From contig CAVTUQ010000007.1 in assembly GCA_963737905.1 (NCBI GenBank), positions 192,001-256,000 of the forward strand: a DNA stretch of 64,000 nt. Direction: 5' to 3'. Origin of the DNA: an uncultured delta proteobacterium. GTDB taxonomy: Bacteria > Desulfobacterota > Binatia > UBA9968. This document shows positions 21,475-31,423 of the stretch, one piece after another. The notes under the pieces are model-generated. The model was not told where the DNA came from. It was given only the letters and a program-made list of their open reading frames with translations, and ran no database searches. Both the position numbers and the translations under genes were made by a program. Each line of letters opens with the position of its first letter. Positions within the stretch are counted from its first letter, which is position 1.

Positions 21475-22782
21475 ATGAAACGAATCGAGCCAGCCCGAGG
21501 CCCGCTGCATGGAGATATCACCGTGCCGGGAGACAAATCCATCGGACATCGCGCGGTGATTTTTGCCAGCATCGCTTCCGGCCGAAGCCGCATTTTCAAT
21601 CTCTCGGGGGGCGAGGACAATCTGCGAACCGTCCAAGCGTTCAAGGATATGGGGATTAAGATCTGGTCCGAAGGCAATTCTCTTTACCTGGAAGGAAGGG
21701 GCTGCAACGGTTTGTCGGCGCCCGGTAAAACGATTGACTGTGGTAACTCAGGAACCGCCATGCGCCTTCTCTCCGGAGTATTGGCCGGACGTCCTTTTAC
21801 CAGCCGCCTCGACGGCGACGCTTCGCTTCGACAGCGACCGATGCAGCGAGTGATCGACCCGCTGGGACGCATGGGAGCCCAGATCAGAAGCCGGGAAGGC
21901 AAAGGCCTCGCCCCTCTGGAAATCCAAGGCGCCAAGTTGAAAGCCATCGACTATAGAATGCCCGTCGCCAGTGCCCAGGTAAAATCGGCGATCCTGTTGG
22001 CGGGGCTGCAGGCCGAGGGGGTCACAAGTCTGGAAGAGCCGCAAAGTTCGCGTGATCACACCGAGCTGATGATCAAGGGCTTTGGAGGTGAAGCCAAAGT
22101 TGAGGGTCGCTCGGTCACGGTTATGGGCGGACAAGAACTTTCCGGAAGAGAAGTGCGCATCCCGGGTGATATTTCGTCTGCTGCTTTTTTCCTTGTGGCG
22201 GCAGCGGTGATTCCCGGTTCGGAAATCATCGTCCGGGATGCCGGCGTGAATCCCACCCGTGATGGCGTGATTGAAGTCCTGCGCCGTATGGGAGCCAAAG
22301 TCCAATTTCTCAACCCGCGAATCGAAACGGGCGAGCCCGTCGCTGACATTAAAGTATATGGCGGTCAATTGACGGGCGTTGAGATCGGCCCGGAGATGGC
22401 GGCGCGAACCATTGACGAGTATCCCATTTTAGCGGTAGCGGGAGCACTGGCGGCGGGAGTGACCACGATCTCGGGCGTCAAGGAACTCCGCTACAAGGAG
22501 TCGGATCGTATCGCCACCATGACAGAGGGCCTTCGTCATCTGGGCGTCGAGGTCGAAGAACGAGAAGACGGCATGACCATTCGAGGCGGGAAGCCCCTTG
22601 AGGCAGCAACGGTAAAGACCTATGGTGATCATAGGGTCGCTATGTCATTGGCGATCGCCGGTTTGTCCACCAACGGCGGCCTGCAAATGGACGATGCAGG
22701 CTGCGTCGATACTTCGTTTCCCGGGTTTTTTGAGTTATTGAAACGGATGTGTTCGCATTCGGTAAGCTTAGAGAGTATATAG
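21475..22782 (+). CDS. aroA: EPSP synthase
   Basis: PGDKSIGHR, DCGNSGT, ASAQVKSA, KESDRI and DHRVAMS. Confidence 0.96.
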   Translation: MKRIEPARGPLHGDITVPGDKSIGHRAVIFASIASGRSRIFNLSGGEDNLRTVQAFKDMGIKIWSEGNSLYLEGRGCNGLSAPGKTIDCGNSGTAMRLLSGVLAGRPFTSRLDGDASLRQRPMQRVIDPLGRMGAQIRSREGKGLAPLEIQGAKLKAIDYRMPVASAQVKSAILLAGLQAEGVTSLEEPQSSRDHTELMIKGFGGEAKVEGRSVTVMGGQELSGREVRIPGDISSAAFFLVAAAVIPGSEIIVRDAGVNPTRDGVIEVLRRMGAKVQFLNPRIETGEPVADIKVYGGQLTGVEIGPEMAARTIDEYPILAVAGALAAGVTTISGVKELRYKESDRIATMTEGLRHLGVEVEEREDGMTIRGGKPLEAATVKTYGDHRVAMSLAIAGLSTNGGLQMDDAGCVDTSFPGFFELLKRMCSHSVSLESI

Positions 22783-22794
22783 GCGCGAAAGACG

Positions 22795-23472
22795 GTGAGC
22801 GCATTGATTATTGCCATCGACGGGCCATCCGCAGCGGGTAAAAGTACACTGGCGAAGCGGCTCGCCAAGGATTTGGGCTTTACCTACTTGGATACGGGAG
22901 CCATGTATCGAGCTCTCGCGCTCAAAGTCTTAAGGGAAAGCATCGATATCGGCAACGACGCGGCGCTTACGAAACTCATGGACGGCACGGAAATCGACCT
23001 CGTAGAAAAGGGAGGCAAACTTCAGGTGCTGTTGGATGGCGAGGACGTTTCGGAGGCGATTCGGACTCCAGAAGTCAGTCAAATGGCGTCGAAAGCTTCA
23101 GCGCTGAAGGTGGTGCGTCATGGGCTGTTGGTTTTACAGCGGGCCTTCGGGCGAAGAGGGAATGTGGTGGCAGAGGGTAGGGATATCGGCACCGTCGTGT
23201 TCCCCGACGCGGAAGTGAAGATTTACCTGGATGCTTCGGCGGAGGAGAGAGCGCGCCGGCGCGTCGAAGAGTTGCGGAAGACGGGCCGGCAAGTGAGTCT
23301 CGATGAAACGCTCCGGGAGATGGGGGAAAGAGATAAAAGGGACAGCGAGCGCGATCTGGCCCCGCTGCGAAAAGCGAACGATGCTATCGCCCTCGACTCC
23401 ACCGCGCTGGACGCTGAAACCCTGGCGCAGACAGTGATGCAACAGATTCGTAAGAAGCCTTTAGAAAATTAA
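22795..23472 (+). CDS. cmk: Cytidylate kinase
   Basis: IAIDGPSAAGKST, DTGAMYR and EGRDIGTVVFP. Confidence 0.96.
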   Translation: MSALIIAIDGPSAAGKSTLAKRLAKDLGFTYLDTGAMYRALALKVLRESIDIGNDAALTKLMDGTEIDLVEKGGKLQVLLDGEDVSEAIRTPEVSQMASKASALKVVRHGLLVLQRAFGRRGNVVAEGRDIGTVVFPDAEVKIYLDASAEERARRRVEELRKTGRQVSLDETLREMGERDKRDSERDLAPLRKANDAIALDSTALDAETLAQTVMQQIRKKPLEN

Positions 23473-23492
23473 AGTAGATTGGAGTTACCTCC

Positions 23493-25244
23493 ATGGCTCA
23501 GAAGGAAGAAGAAATAAAAGGCCCGCCCCCTGGCGGCGCTAATGAATTTGCAGCGCTGTTTGAGGAGAGCCTGCGCTCGGTCAAACCTGGGGGTGTCGTC
23601 AAAGGCAGAGTTGTCGGCATCACATCCACTCACGTTCTGATTGACGTCGGGTACAAGTCGGAGGGACAAATCCCGCTCGGGGAGTTTTTGGACAGAGAGG
23701 GCAATCTCCAGGTTAAGGTGGGTGACCAAGTTGATGTTTTCTTCGATTCTTCCGAGGGAGAAAATGGCGGTATTGTCCTGTCTCGCCAGCGGGCCGAAAA
23801 TATCAAGATTTGGGAAGAGATCGAAAACGCCTATAACGAGGGCAGGGGAGTCGAGGGTTTTATTATCGGCAAGGTTAAAGGCGGGTTCAAGGTCGACGTG
23901 GGAGTGCCGGGATTCTTGCCGGGATCTCACGTGGATATCCGTCCAACACGTAATTTGGACAAGTTCATCGGTACCAGAGATCGTTTTGCGATTCTAAAAT
24001 TCAATCGTGCGCGCGGCAATGTCGTGGTGTCGCGCCGAGCGTTGCTGGAAAAAGAACGCGACACGCTTAAGCAGGAAGTGCTGAAGGTCATTGAGGAAGG
24101 TGTCATTCTGGAAGGGACGGTCAAGAATATCACCGGCTATGGGGCGTTCGTAGATCTAGGCGGCATCGATGGTATCCTCCACATCAGCGACATGTCTTGG
24201 GGCCGGATCAATCACCCTTCCGAAATCGTGCAGGTGGGAGAGAAAGTAAAAGTTGTGGTCTTGAAGTTCGATGCCGAGAAGGAGCGAATTTCCCTGGGCA
24301 TGAAACAATTGACGCCTGACCCGTGGCACACGGTCGCCGATCGATATTCCGTAGGCGCTCGGGTCCAAGGCAAAGTCATAAGTCTGATGGACTATGGAGC
24401 CTTTGTTGAGCTGGAGAGCGGTATCGAAGGGCTCATCCATATTTCAGAGATGTCATGGACCAGAAAAATTTCCCATCCTTCCAAGGTGCTTCAGGTTGGG
24501 CAGACTGTTGAGGTTGTCGTTCTCAACGTAGACCCGAACCACCGTCGTATTTCCTTGGGACTCAAACAAGTCATGGCCAATCCCTGGGAGCTTGCCAAGG
24601 AAAAATATACGGTCGGAACCGTCATCACAGGACCGGTCCGAAACGTCACCGATTTCGGTATTTTCGTGGGCATAGAAGAAGGCATCGATGGTCTGGTTCA
24701 CATTTCGGATCTTCATTGGACCAAGAAAATCAAGCACCCATCGGAGCTCTATAAAAAAGGCGATATGGTGGAAGCCAAGGTGCTGGGGGTCAACGTCGAA
24801 AACGAGCGTTTCTCCCTCGGTGTCAAACAACTGACCACCGATCCGTGGAAGATTATTGCTGAACGGTTTCCGGTAGGCTCCAAAGTCAAAGGACAAGTGA
24901 CCAGCGTGCCAGATTTCGGTGTCTTTGTGCGCTTGGACGAGGGAGTTGAAGGGCTCATCCATGTCTCTCAATTGAGCACCGAACGGGTGGATAAACCTTC
25001 TAGCCTGTTCAAAGTCGGAGACGAGTTAGAAGCGGAGGTCATCAATCTGGATGTCAACGAAAGAAAGATTGCCCTCAGCGTCCGCGCGTTGCGCAAGACG
25101 GAAGAACGGCAGGAAATGGAGAACTATCTGAGCCGGGAAAAAGAGGGAGGGCGATTCTCCTTTGAATCTATCCTTAATGAGGAGCTTCGGCTAGACCGAG
25201 ACGAAGAGGGTGGGCAACAGGGTCGTAAAAAACAAGGAGGGTAA
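23493..25244 (+). CDS. rpsA: 30S ribosomal protein S1
   Basis: Six S1 repeats (YGAFVDLGGIDGILHISDMSW and similar). Confidence 0.97.
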   Translation: MAQKEEEIKGPPPGGANEFAALFEESLRSVKPGGVVKGRVVGITSTHVLIDVGYKSEGQIPLGEFLDREGNLQVKVGDQVDVFFDSSEGENGGIVLSRQRAENIKIWEEIENAYNEGRGVEGFIIGKVKGGFKVDVGVPGFLPGSHVDIRPTRNLDKFIGTRDRFAILKFNRARGNVVVSRRALLEKERDTLKQEVLKVIEEGVILEGTVKNITGYGAFVDLGGIDGILHISDMSWGRINHPSEIVQVGEKVKVVVLKFDAEKERISLGMKQLTPDPWHTVADRYSVGARVQGKVISLMDYGAFVELESGIEGLIHISEMSWTRKISHPSKVLQVGQTVEVVVLNVDPNHRRISLGLKQVMANPWELAKEKYTVGTVITGPVRNVTDFGIFVGIEEGIDGLVHISDLHWTKKIKHPSELYKKGDMVEAKVLGVNVENERFSLGVKQLTTDPWKIIAERFPVGSKVKGQVTSVPDFGVFVRLDEGVEGLIHVSQLSTERVDKPSSLFKVGDELEAEVINLDVNERKIALSVRALRKTEERQEMENYLSREKEGGRFSFESILNEELRLDRDEEGGQQGRKKQGG

Positions 25245-25273
25245 CCCGTAGCCGGTTCGCTGCAGGAAAGTCC

Positions 25274-26173
25274 ATGGCAAAAATGCATTCGCTATTTAAA
25301 GGTTTAGGGATCCTTTCGGCATTGATCTTGGTGTTTTTTGTGCTGGTATTCTTCTATGCGTATCTCACGGGGGGTGATGCTAAAGTCCTTTCCTTTCTTT
25401 CGGGGGACGGTGTGGGTGTGCTACAGATCGAAGGCGCGATCGATGATTCCCGCGACGTGGTGGGTGAGCTCAAGCGATTCAATGAGGCGCCTTGGATCAA
25501 GGCCATTGTCGTGCGCATCGACTCTCCGGGAGGAGCGGTGGCTCCAACTCAGGAAATCTTTGACCAACTGCAGAAGACCAAGAAAAAGAAACCGCTGATC
25601 GCTTCCATGGGGAGCATGGCGACGTCGGGAGGCTACTATATCGCCAGCGCGTGCGACAAGATTATCGCGAATCCAGGCACCTTGACCGGTTCCATCGGCG
25701 TTATTATGCAGCTCACTAATGTCGAGGACTTGATGAAAAAAGTTGGCGTCAAAGGTTACAATATCAAGAGCGGAGCGAACAAGGATATCGGATCTCCGTT
25801 TCAGCCGCTTTCGCCGGAGGGCAGAGAGATCCTTCAAAGCCTGGTCGATAACGTACACAGTCAGTTTATCAGCGCCGTGGCCAAAGGAAGAGGCATGAAC
25901 GAATCGCAAGTTAGAAAACTGGCTGACGGCCGCGTTTATTCCGGCGCGCAGGCCAAAGAGCTCGGGTTAGTGGACCAGTTCGGGACGCTGGACGATGCCA
26001 TCGAATTCGCCGCTAAACGGGTAGGTTTGGAAGAGAATCCGACGGTTTACTATTCCAGTCCCGAGGAGGAGCGTTGGTGGGAGAAGATGTTTTTCGCAGC
26101 GATGGGGAATCGGTTCCCCATCTCGCAACGAGGTTGGCTCCGCTACGAATGGTCGCCCTCTCTGCTCCAGTAG
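25274..26173 (+). CDS. sppA: Signal peptide peptidase SppA (36K type)
   Basis: RIDSPGG, ATSGGYY, TGSIGV and ADGRVYSG; N-terminal TM helix. Confidence 0.93.
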   Translation: MAKMHSLFKGLGILSALILVFFVLVFFYAYLTGGDAKVLSFLSGDGVGVLQIEGAIDDSRDVVGELKRFNEAPWIKAIVVRIDSPGGAVAPTQEIFDQLQKTKKKKPLIASMGSMATSGGYYIASACDKIIANPGTLTGSIGVIMQLTNVEDLMKKVGVKGYNIKSGANKDIGSPFQPLSPEGREILQSLVDNVHSQFISAVAKGRGMNESQVRKLADGRVYSGAQAKELGLVDQFGTLDDAIEFAAKRVGLEENPTVYYSSPEEERWWEKMFFAAMGNRFPISQRGWLRYEWSPSLLQ

Positions 26174-26234
26174 CGGGGAAGGGAAATTGCGAGACATCGG
26201 TTCAGATTCTTTCTTGTGTTGTGAGGGAGATGTT

Positions 26235-26543
26235 ATGACGAAACGGGACTTGATTGACGAGGTGAATAAAAGGTTTCCGCATCTTTCACGAAGAGATTCG
26301 GAAGTGATCATTAATGCGATCTTCGATTCCATGGTGGACGCTCTTGCGCAGGGTGACCGGATCGAGATACGCGGCTTTGGAAGTTTCGTCGTAAAACATC
26401 GGCGAGCACGTCAGGGACGGAACCCGAAGAGTGGGGTTCTGGTATCCGTCGCCGCCAAACGAGTCCCGTTTTTTAAAGTCGGTAAAGAACTAAGACTGAG
26501 GGTGGATGGCAAAGATCCGGGGACCGCAGAGGCATCGGAATGA
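26235..26543 (+). CDS. ihfB: Integration host factor beta subunit
   Basis: MTKRDLI..RIEIRGFGSF..GRNPKSG..FFKVGKELR; follows rpsA-sppA. Confidence 0.92.
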   Translation: MTKRDLIDEVNKRFPHLSRRDSEVIINAIFDSMVDALAQGDRIEIRGFGSFVVKHRRARQGRNPKSGVLVSVAAKRVPFFKVGKELRLRVDGKDPGTAEASE

Positions 26544-27016
26544 AACAACTGTGGGCTCCATGGAGGATGACCTATATCAATGAAGTTTCTAAGGATGAAG
26601 GCTGTATCTTTTGTCGGAAGATGCGAGAGAATGATGCCCGTGAAGCTTTGGTCCTGGCTTGTACCGGCCACTCCGTGATCATGCTTAACAAATACCCTTA
26701 CGCTAACGGTCATCTCCTTCTTGCTCCCAAGCGGCACGAAAAGGAGCTCTCTAACCTATCAGCAGATGAGTACGGTGATCTCAATGAGGCGCTACGGCGT
26801 TCCGTCGATATCATTCGGAAATCTTACAATCCAGCCGGTATAAATCTGGGCATGAATCTAGGCAAATGCGCTGGCGCCGGCATCGAGGACCACCTCCATT
26901 GGCATGTTGTGCCGCGCTGGGAAGGGGACAACAATTTCATGCCTGTCATAGCAGAAACCCGGGTGATGCCGCAGCATCTACTTGAAAGTTACGACCAGCT
27001 AAAAACTTATTTCTAA
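26540..27016 (+). CDS. HIT family hydrolase (Ap4A phosphorylase-like)
   Basis: LWAPWRM, CIFC, NKYPY and HLHWHVVPRW. Confidence 0.92.
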   Translation: MKQLWAPWRMTYINEVSKDEGCIFCRKMRENDAREALVLACTGHSVIMLNKYPYANGHLLLAPKRHEKELSNLSADEYGDLNEALRRSVDIIRKSYNPAGINLGMNLGKCAGAGIEDHLHWHVVPRWEGDNNFMPVIAETRVMPQHLLESYDQLKTYF

Positions 27017-27130
27017 TATTTTTGTCGATGAAAGAAGAAAAACCAGCTAAGATGGAAAGGTCATCAACAAGGACCAGCAACGGTTTGTCTCGAGGCGTAA
27101 AAAATTCTTGACCAAGGAGGCCATGTCCAA

Positions 27131-28531
27131 GTGAATGAGGCAAAAACCTTAGGAGAGCTTAAGAAGAACGAGGTGCGGGTTTTATCGGTCCGCGACGAGA
27201 TGCGCAAAAATCTCGTCGATCGTCTGGAAGCCGGGACGCGCATATTGCCCGGGATTATCGGCTATGATGATACCGTAATCCCGGAGATTGAGAACGCGAT
27301 CCTCTCCGGACACCATATGGTGTTCCTCGGCGAACGCGGTCAAGGCAAATCGCGAATTATTCGTGGCCTCACTAGCCTCCTTGACGAGCGCATACCCATC
27401 GTTCAAGGATGTGAGATCAACGACAACCCGTTTAAACCCATTTGCCAGGCTTGTCGGAAGAAATCCGCGGAAATGGGAGACGGATTGCCCCTCCAATGGA
27501 TCGACCGCGACGCGCGATACGGAGAGAAATTGGCCACGCCGGACGTCTCGATCGCCGATATCGTTGGCGAGATCGATCCCATCAAGGTTGCCGAGGGGAG
27601 ATACCTCGCCGACGAAGAAACCATTCACTATGGACTCGTCCCACGCACCAATCGCGGCATCTTCGCTATCAATGAGCTTCCCGATTTGACGGAAAAAGTT
27701 CAGGTGGGTTTGTTCAACCTGATGGAAGAGAAAGATGTGCAGATTAAGGGCTACAAGATTCGCTTGCCTTTAGACGTCGTGATCGTTGCCAGCGCCAACC
27801 CCGAGGATTACACGAGCCGGGGTCGGATCATCACACCGCTCAAGGATCGCTTCGACGTGCAGATTCGCACCCATTATCCAAAGAGCATCGACGACGAAAT
27901 CGTTATCATGGAGCAGGAGGCTGCGCCGATAGATCAACGAAGCCGCAAGGTGGAAGTGCCGCGCTTTCTGAAGGAAATCCTCGGCCACTTGACCTTTGAG
28001 GCTCGGAAGTCCAACGAAATCAATCAGTCATCCGGCGTGAGCGTCAGGGTTACGATCAACAATTTTGAAAGCCTGATCAGCAACGCGGAAAAGCGATCGC
28101 TCCGATGCAAAGAGAATGAGATCGTTCCGCGGGTCAGCGATATGCATGCGATTTTGGCGTCGACGAGTGGCAAAATCGAGATGGAATATGTCGGAGAGGA
28201 CAAAAAAGAAGACGACCTGGTAGAAAAACTCCTCAACCGTTCGATCGTCAAAGTTTTCGACCAATATTTCAGCCTGAACTCATTGCAAAAGGTCGTTGAG
28301 TATTTCAACTCCGGTTGGGGCGTCGAAGTGTCGGACCAAATGGCGTCCCAGGATTATCTGCAAGACATCAAGGAAATTCCAGGGTTAAAAGAAGCCATCC
28401 GGTCTCTAGGAATTCAAGACTCACCTTCCCTCATGGCATCGGCAACCGAGTTTGTTTTAGAAGGTCTTCACCTGCACCAGAAGCTGAACAAGGAAATCGA
28501 AGGGGGAAGAGTCACCTACGGTAATAAATAG
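27131..28531 (+). CDS. AAA+ ATPase, Mg-chelatase/MoxR-like
   Basis: GERGQGKS Walker A, FAINELPDL and ASANPEDY. Confidence 0.85.
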   Translation: MNEAKTLGELKKNEVRVLSVRDEMRKNLVDRLEAGTRILPGIIGYDDTVIPEIENAILSGHHMVFLGERGQGKSRIIRGLTSLLDERIPIVQGCEINDNPFKPICQACRKKSAEMGDGLPLQWIDRDARYGEKLATPDVSIADIVGEIDPIKVAEGRYLADEETIHYGLVPRTNRGIFAINELPDLTEKVQVGLFNLMEEKDVQIKGYKIRLPLDVVIVASANPEDYTSRGRIITPLKDRFDVQIRTHYPKSIDDEIVIMEQEAAPIDQRSRKVEVPRFLKEILGHLTFEARKSNEINQSSGVSVRVTINNFESLISNAEKRSLRCKENEIVPRVSDMHAILASTSGKIEMEYVGEDKKEDDLVEKLLNRSIVKVFDQYFSLNSLQKVVEYFNSGWGVEVSDQMASQDYLQDIKEIPGLKEAIRSLGIQDSPSLMASATEFVLEGLHLHQKLNKEIEGGRVTYGNK

Positions 28532-28576
28532 CAGCACGAGCTAGCGATCGAATTCGAATTTCGACCCCATACCCTT

Positions 28577-30169
28577 ATGGTACACATAAGATACAGCCGT
28601 TGGGACAGGAACGCGCGGGACTCTCTAGATTCCGAGAGCGTGTTCGATCAGCTCAACGACTACATGAACGACAGTGGCGACCTCCAGCAGGCGATGCGGC
28701 GGCTCATGCAGAAGGGCATCAAACAGGGGGAAAAACAGACCAAAGGAATCGATGATTTGTTGTCTCAAGTGGCGCGGGAAATGCGCAAACTCTACGACGA
28801 GTATCGCCTTCAGTCCGCTATGGACGAAGTGCAGGAGCAACTGGAGTCCATCGTCGATCAGGAGCGCCAGACCCTAGAGGAGTTAGACCAAGCCGGCCAA
28901 AACACCCAGGAACAAAAACAATTTTTGAACAACCTGCCCGGCAAAGTCAGCGAGGCGGTTGAAAAGCTGACTTCTTACCGCTTCGAAAATACCAACGCCG
29001 AGAAAGAGTTCCAACAGCTGCTCATGCAGTTGGAGCAGATCCGCAAGCTGGAAAACTGGCTGCGTCGCGAAGGGAGTCTCTTTCGCGGCCAAACTCCCTT
29101 GCAATTTCAGGAGTCCATGGACCTCATGGAGCGCATGGAGGAGCTGCGGCGTCTGGAAGGCCAGTTATCGAGCATGCAACTGCGCGACGTCGACAAGGAG
29201 CTTTTGGAAAAACTCCTGGGCGCCGATCCGAAGCAGGACTTCGAAGGCGTTATGCGGATGCAATCCTTGCTCGAAGAGGGCGGCTACGTCTTGGAGCAGG
29301 GAGACCGTTTCGAGCTGACTCCGCGCGGCATCCGACGCGTGGGGCAGTTGGCCCTGAGAGATATTTACCAGCAGCTGCGCCGGGACGGCATGGGCAGGCA
29401 TTCGGCTCGCTACCGGGGCAGCCAGGAAATACAGATCGAGAATAGCCGGCCCTATGTCCAAGGGGACGCTCTCCATATCAACATGATTCAAACCCTCAAA
29501 AACGCGCTGCTCAATGGCGGAGGTGTGCCGGTTAGAATTCGTCCCGGAGATTTTGCCGTCTATGATTCCGAGCACACCACTCGCGCCGCCACGGTTCTGC
29601 TTTTGGACATGAGTTGGTCCATGAGCTGGGAAGGGCGTTTCGCCGCGGCGAAAAAAGTGGCATTAGCGATGGAGAGTCTCGTTCGGTCGCTTCACCCGCG
29701 GGACTATTTCGGTATCGTTGGTTTCTTCACCCGTGCCGTGGAGCTGAAGGCAAAGGATCTGCCACAGGCGACCTGGAATATGGGCGATCCGTTTACCAAT
29801 CTCCAGGACGGATTGCACCTGGCTGCCGAGATGTTGGAGCGACGACCGAGCCCGAATCAACAGATGATCGTCATAACGGACGGTCAACCCACCGCTTATT
29901 GCCGCCAGGGGCGGCTTTACTGCGAGTGGCCCCTGAGCTTTGGCGGCATCAGCCAACGCGCCGCCGAGGAAACCTTGAAAGAGGCCGAGCGCATTACCCG
30001 TAAGGGGATCACGATCAACACCTTCATGCTCGACGATAGCCCGGTGCTCCGCGGCTTTGTCGATGATCTCACCCGCATCAACAGAGGCCGCGCCTTCTAC
30101 ACACGACCGGATCGTCTGGGTCAATACTTGCTCATCGACTACCTCTCTCACCAAAAAAAGAAAGTCTAA
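28577..30169 (+). CDS. VWA domain protein, probable partner of the AAA+ ATPase
   Basis: LLLDMSWSM MIDAS motif, TNLQDGL and ITDGQPT; coiled-coil N-terminus. Confidence 0.88.
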   Translation: MVHIRYSRWDRNARDSLDSESVFDQLNDYMNDSGDLQQAMRRLMQKGIKQGEKQTKGIDDLLSQVAREMRKLYDEYRLQSAMDEVQEQLESIVDQERQTLEELDQAGQNTQEQKQFLNNLPGKVSEAVEKLTSYRFENTNAEKEFQQLLMQLEQIRKLENWLRREGSLFRGQTPLQFQESMDLMERMEELRRLEGQLSSMQLRDVDKELLEKLLGADPKQDFEGVMRMQSLLEEGGYVLEQGDRFELTPRGIRRVGQLALRDIYQQLRRDGMGRHSARYRGSQEIQIENSRPYVQGDALHINMIQTLKNALLNGGGVPVRIRPGDFAVYDSEHTTRAATVLLLDMSWSMSWEGRFAAAKKVALAMESLVRSLHPRDYFGIVGFFTRAVELKAKDLPQATWNMGDPFTNLQDGLHLAAEMLERRPSPNQQMIVITDGQPTAYCRQGRLYCEWPLSFGGISQRAAEETLKEAERITRKGITINTFMLDDSPVLRGFVDDLTRINRGRAFYTRPDRLGQYLLIDYLSHQKKKV

Positions 30170-30187
30170 CGCGCCTAGGGCGCGAGA

Positions 30188-30265
30188 CAGTTCAAAGTTC
30201 AAGGTTCAAAGTTCAAAGTACTCGGAGCCTCTGTCCTTGAACCTGGAACCTTGAACATTGAACTG
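30188..30265. repeat. Gene-less inverted 7-mer microsatellite hairpin, 4x GTTCAAR / 4x TTGAACN
   Basis: GTTCAA at 30190, 30197, 30204 and 30211; TTGAAC/TGGAAC at 30237, 30244, 30251 and 30258; loop of about 18-20 nt. Confidence 0.9.
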
Positions 30266-30284
30266 GGCGTCGCCCCGGCGCCTA

Positions 30285-30313
30285 TTGACACCTGAAACTA
30301 TTTTCAGTATATA
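30285..30313 (+). promoter_or_regulatory. lexA promoter with a putative SOS box CTGAAA-CTAT-TTTCAG in the spacer
   Basis: TTGACA (30285), 17 bp, TATATA (30308); the spacer holds a 16-bp palindrome of CTG-N10-CAG form (30292-30307). Confidence 0.7.
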
Positions 30314-30319
30314 GAGCTT

Positions 30320-30928
30320 ATGCTTCCTTCGCTGACTTTTAGGCAAAAAGAAATTTACGATTTCTTGCTCAAGACGATTCGCGAAAAGGGCTTTGCCCCT
30401 TCGATTCCCGAGATCGGCAGACAGTTTAAGATCGCCTCGACCAATGGCGTTTCCGATCACCTCAAGGCCCTGGAAAAAAAAGGTTACATTCGCAGAGTCG
30501 GTAAACGAGCCATCGAGGTTTTATCCGCTGTCGGCAAGCCGGTTCTGACAGCGGTTCGCGACATTCCGATTGTGGGCAGGGTCCCCGCGGGCAAGCCGTT
30601 TCTCAGCGAAGAAAACGTCGAAGGGCTTTTGACGGTCCCCAGCGATATGGGATCGGGAAGACTTTTCGCCCTGCAGGTCAAAGGAGACAGCATGACCGGC
30701 GCCGGCATCCTAAACGGCGACCGGGTGATCGTGAAGCAACAGGGGACCGCGGAGAACGGCGAGATCGTCTGTGCCCTGATCGAGGGGGAAGCGACCTTGA
30801 AGCGTTTCTATAAAAAAGACGGCGCCATAACCCTTAAAGCAGAGAACGAAAAATATGCTCCGATCACCATCTCAGCCGGAGAATTTCGCGTCCTGGGCAA
30901 GGTGGTGGGGTTGATGAGGAAATTCTAA
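30320..30928 (+). CDS. lexA: SOS repressor LexA
   Basis: LTFRQKEI..PSIPEI..HLKALEKKGYI wHTH; VPAG cleavage site; VKGDSM (catalytic Ser) and ATLKR (catalytic Lys). Confidence 0.96.
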   Translation: MLPSLTFRQKEIYDFLLKTIREKGFAPSIPEIGRQFKIASTNGVSDHLKALEKKGYIRRVGKRAIEVLSAVGKPVLTAVRDIPIVGRVPAGKPFLSEENVEGLLTVPSDMGSGRLFALQVKGDSMTGAGILNGDRVIVKQQGTAENGEIVCALIEGEATLKRFYKKDGAITLKAENEKYAPITISAGEFRVLGKVVGLMRKF

Positions 30929-30933
30929 AAATA

Positions 30934-30972
30934 GTTCAAAACGTTCAAGCCGTTCAAAACGTTCAAGTCGTT
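30934..30972. repeat. Left arm: 4x 9-mer GTTCAANNC
   Basis: GTTCAAAAC GTTCAAGCC GTTCAAAAC GTTCAAGTC GTT. Confidence 0.92.
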
Positions 30973-30985
30973 AGGAGAAAAACCG

Positions 30986-31423
30986 ATGCAAGTAAGAAAC
31001 TTTGAAGATCTGGAAATTTGGAAGGACGCTAGAGCACTAACACGGGAAATCTATCAGCTGACAAGCGATTCTAAATTCTCAAAAGATTTCGCCCTGCGGG
31101 ATCAAGTCCGGCGTGCAGCGGTCTCGATCATGTCAAATATCGCGGAGGGGTTTGAACGAGGAGGCAACCAAGAATTCATTCAGTTTCTCTATGTTGCCAA
31201 AGCGTCTTGCGGTGAAGTTCGCTCTCAACTTTACGTAGCCTTGGATCAATCTTATGTAGCACCTAAAGATTGCGATGATGCCAGCAAGTCTTTTCGGCGT
31301 TTATCAATCATGATCAGCAACTTAATCGATTACTTAAAGCGCAGCGGTCTGAAAGGATCAAAATATACCGCGACAAATCGTCCAAAAAGTCCGACATCTT
31401 TGATTCCCACCGAAACGGCTTGA
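30986..31423 (+). CDS. Four-helix-bundle protein (23S rRNA IVP / TIGR02436 / Avd-like family)
   Basis: [32 protein letters not shown] and [19 protein letters not shown] signature. Confidence 0.93.
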   Translation: MQVRNFEDLEIWKDARALTREIYQLTSDSKFSKDFALRDQVRRAAVSIMSNIAEGFERGGNQEFIQFLYVAKASCGEVRSQLYVALDQSYVAPKDCDDASKSFRRLSIMISNLIDYLKRSGLKGSKYTATNRPKSPTSLIPTETA

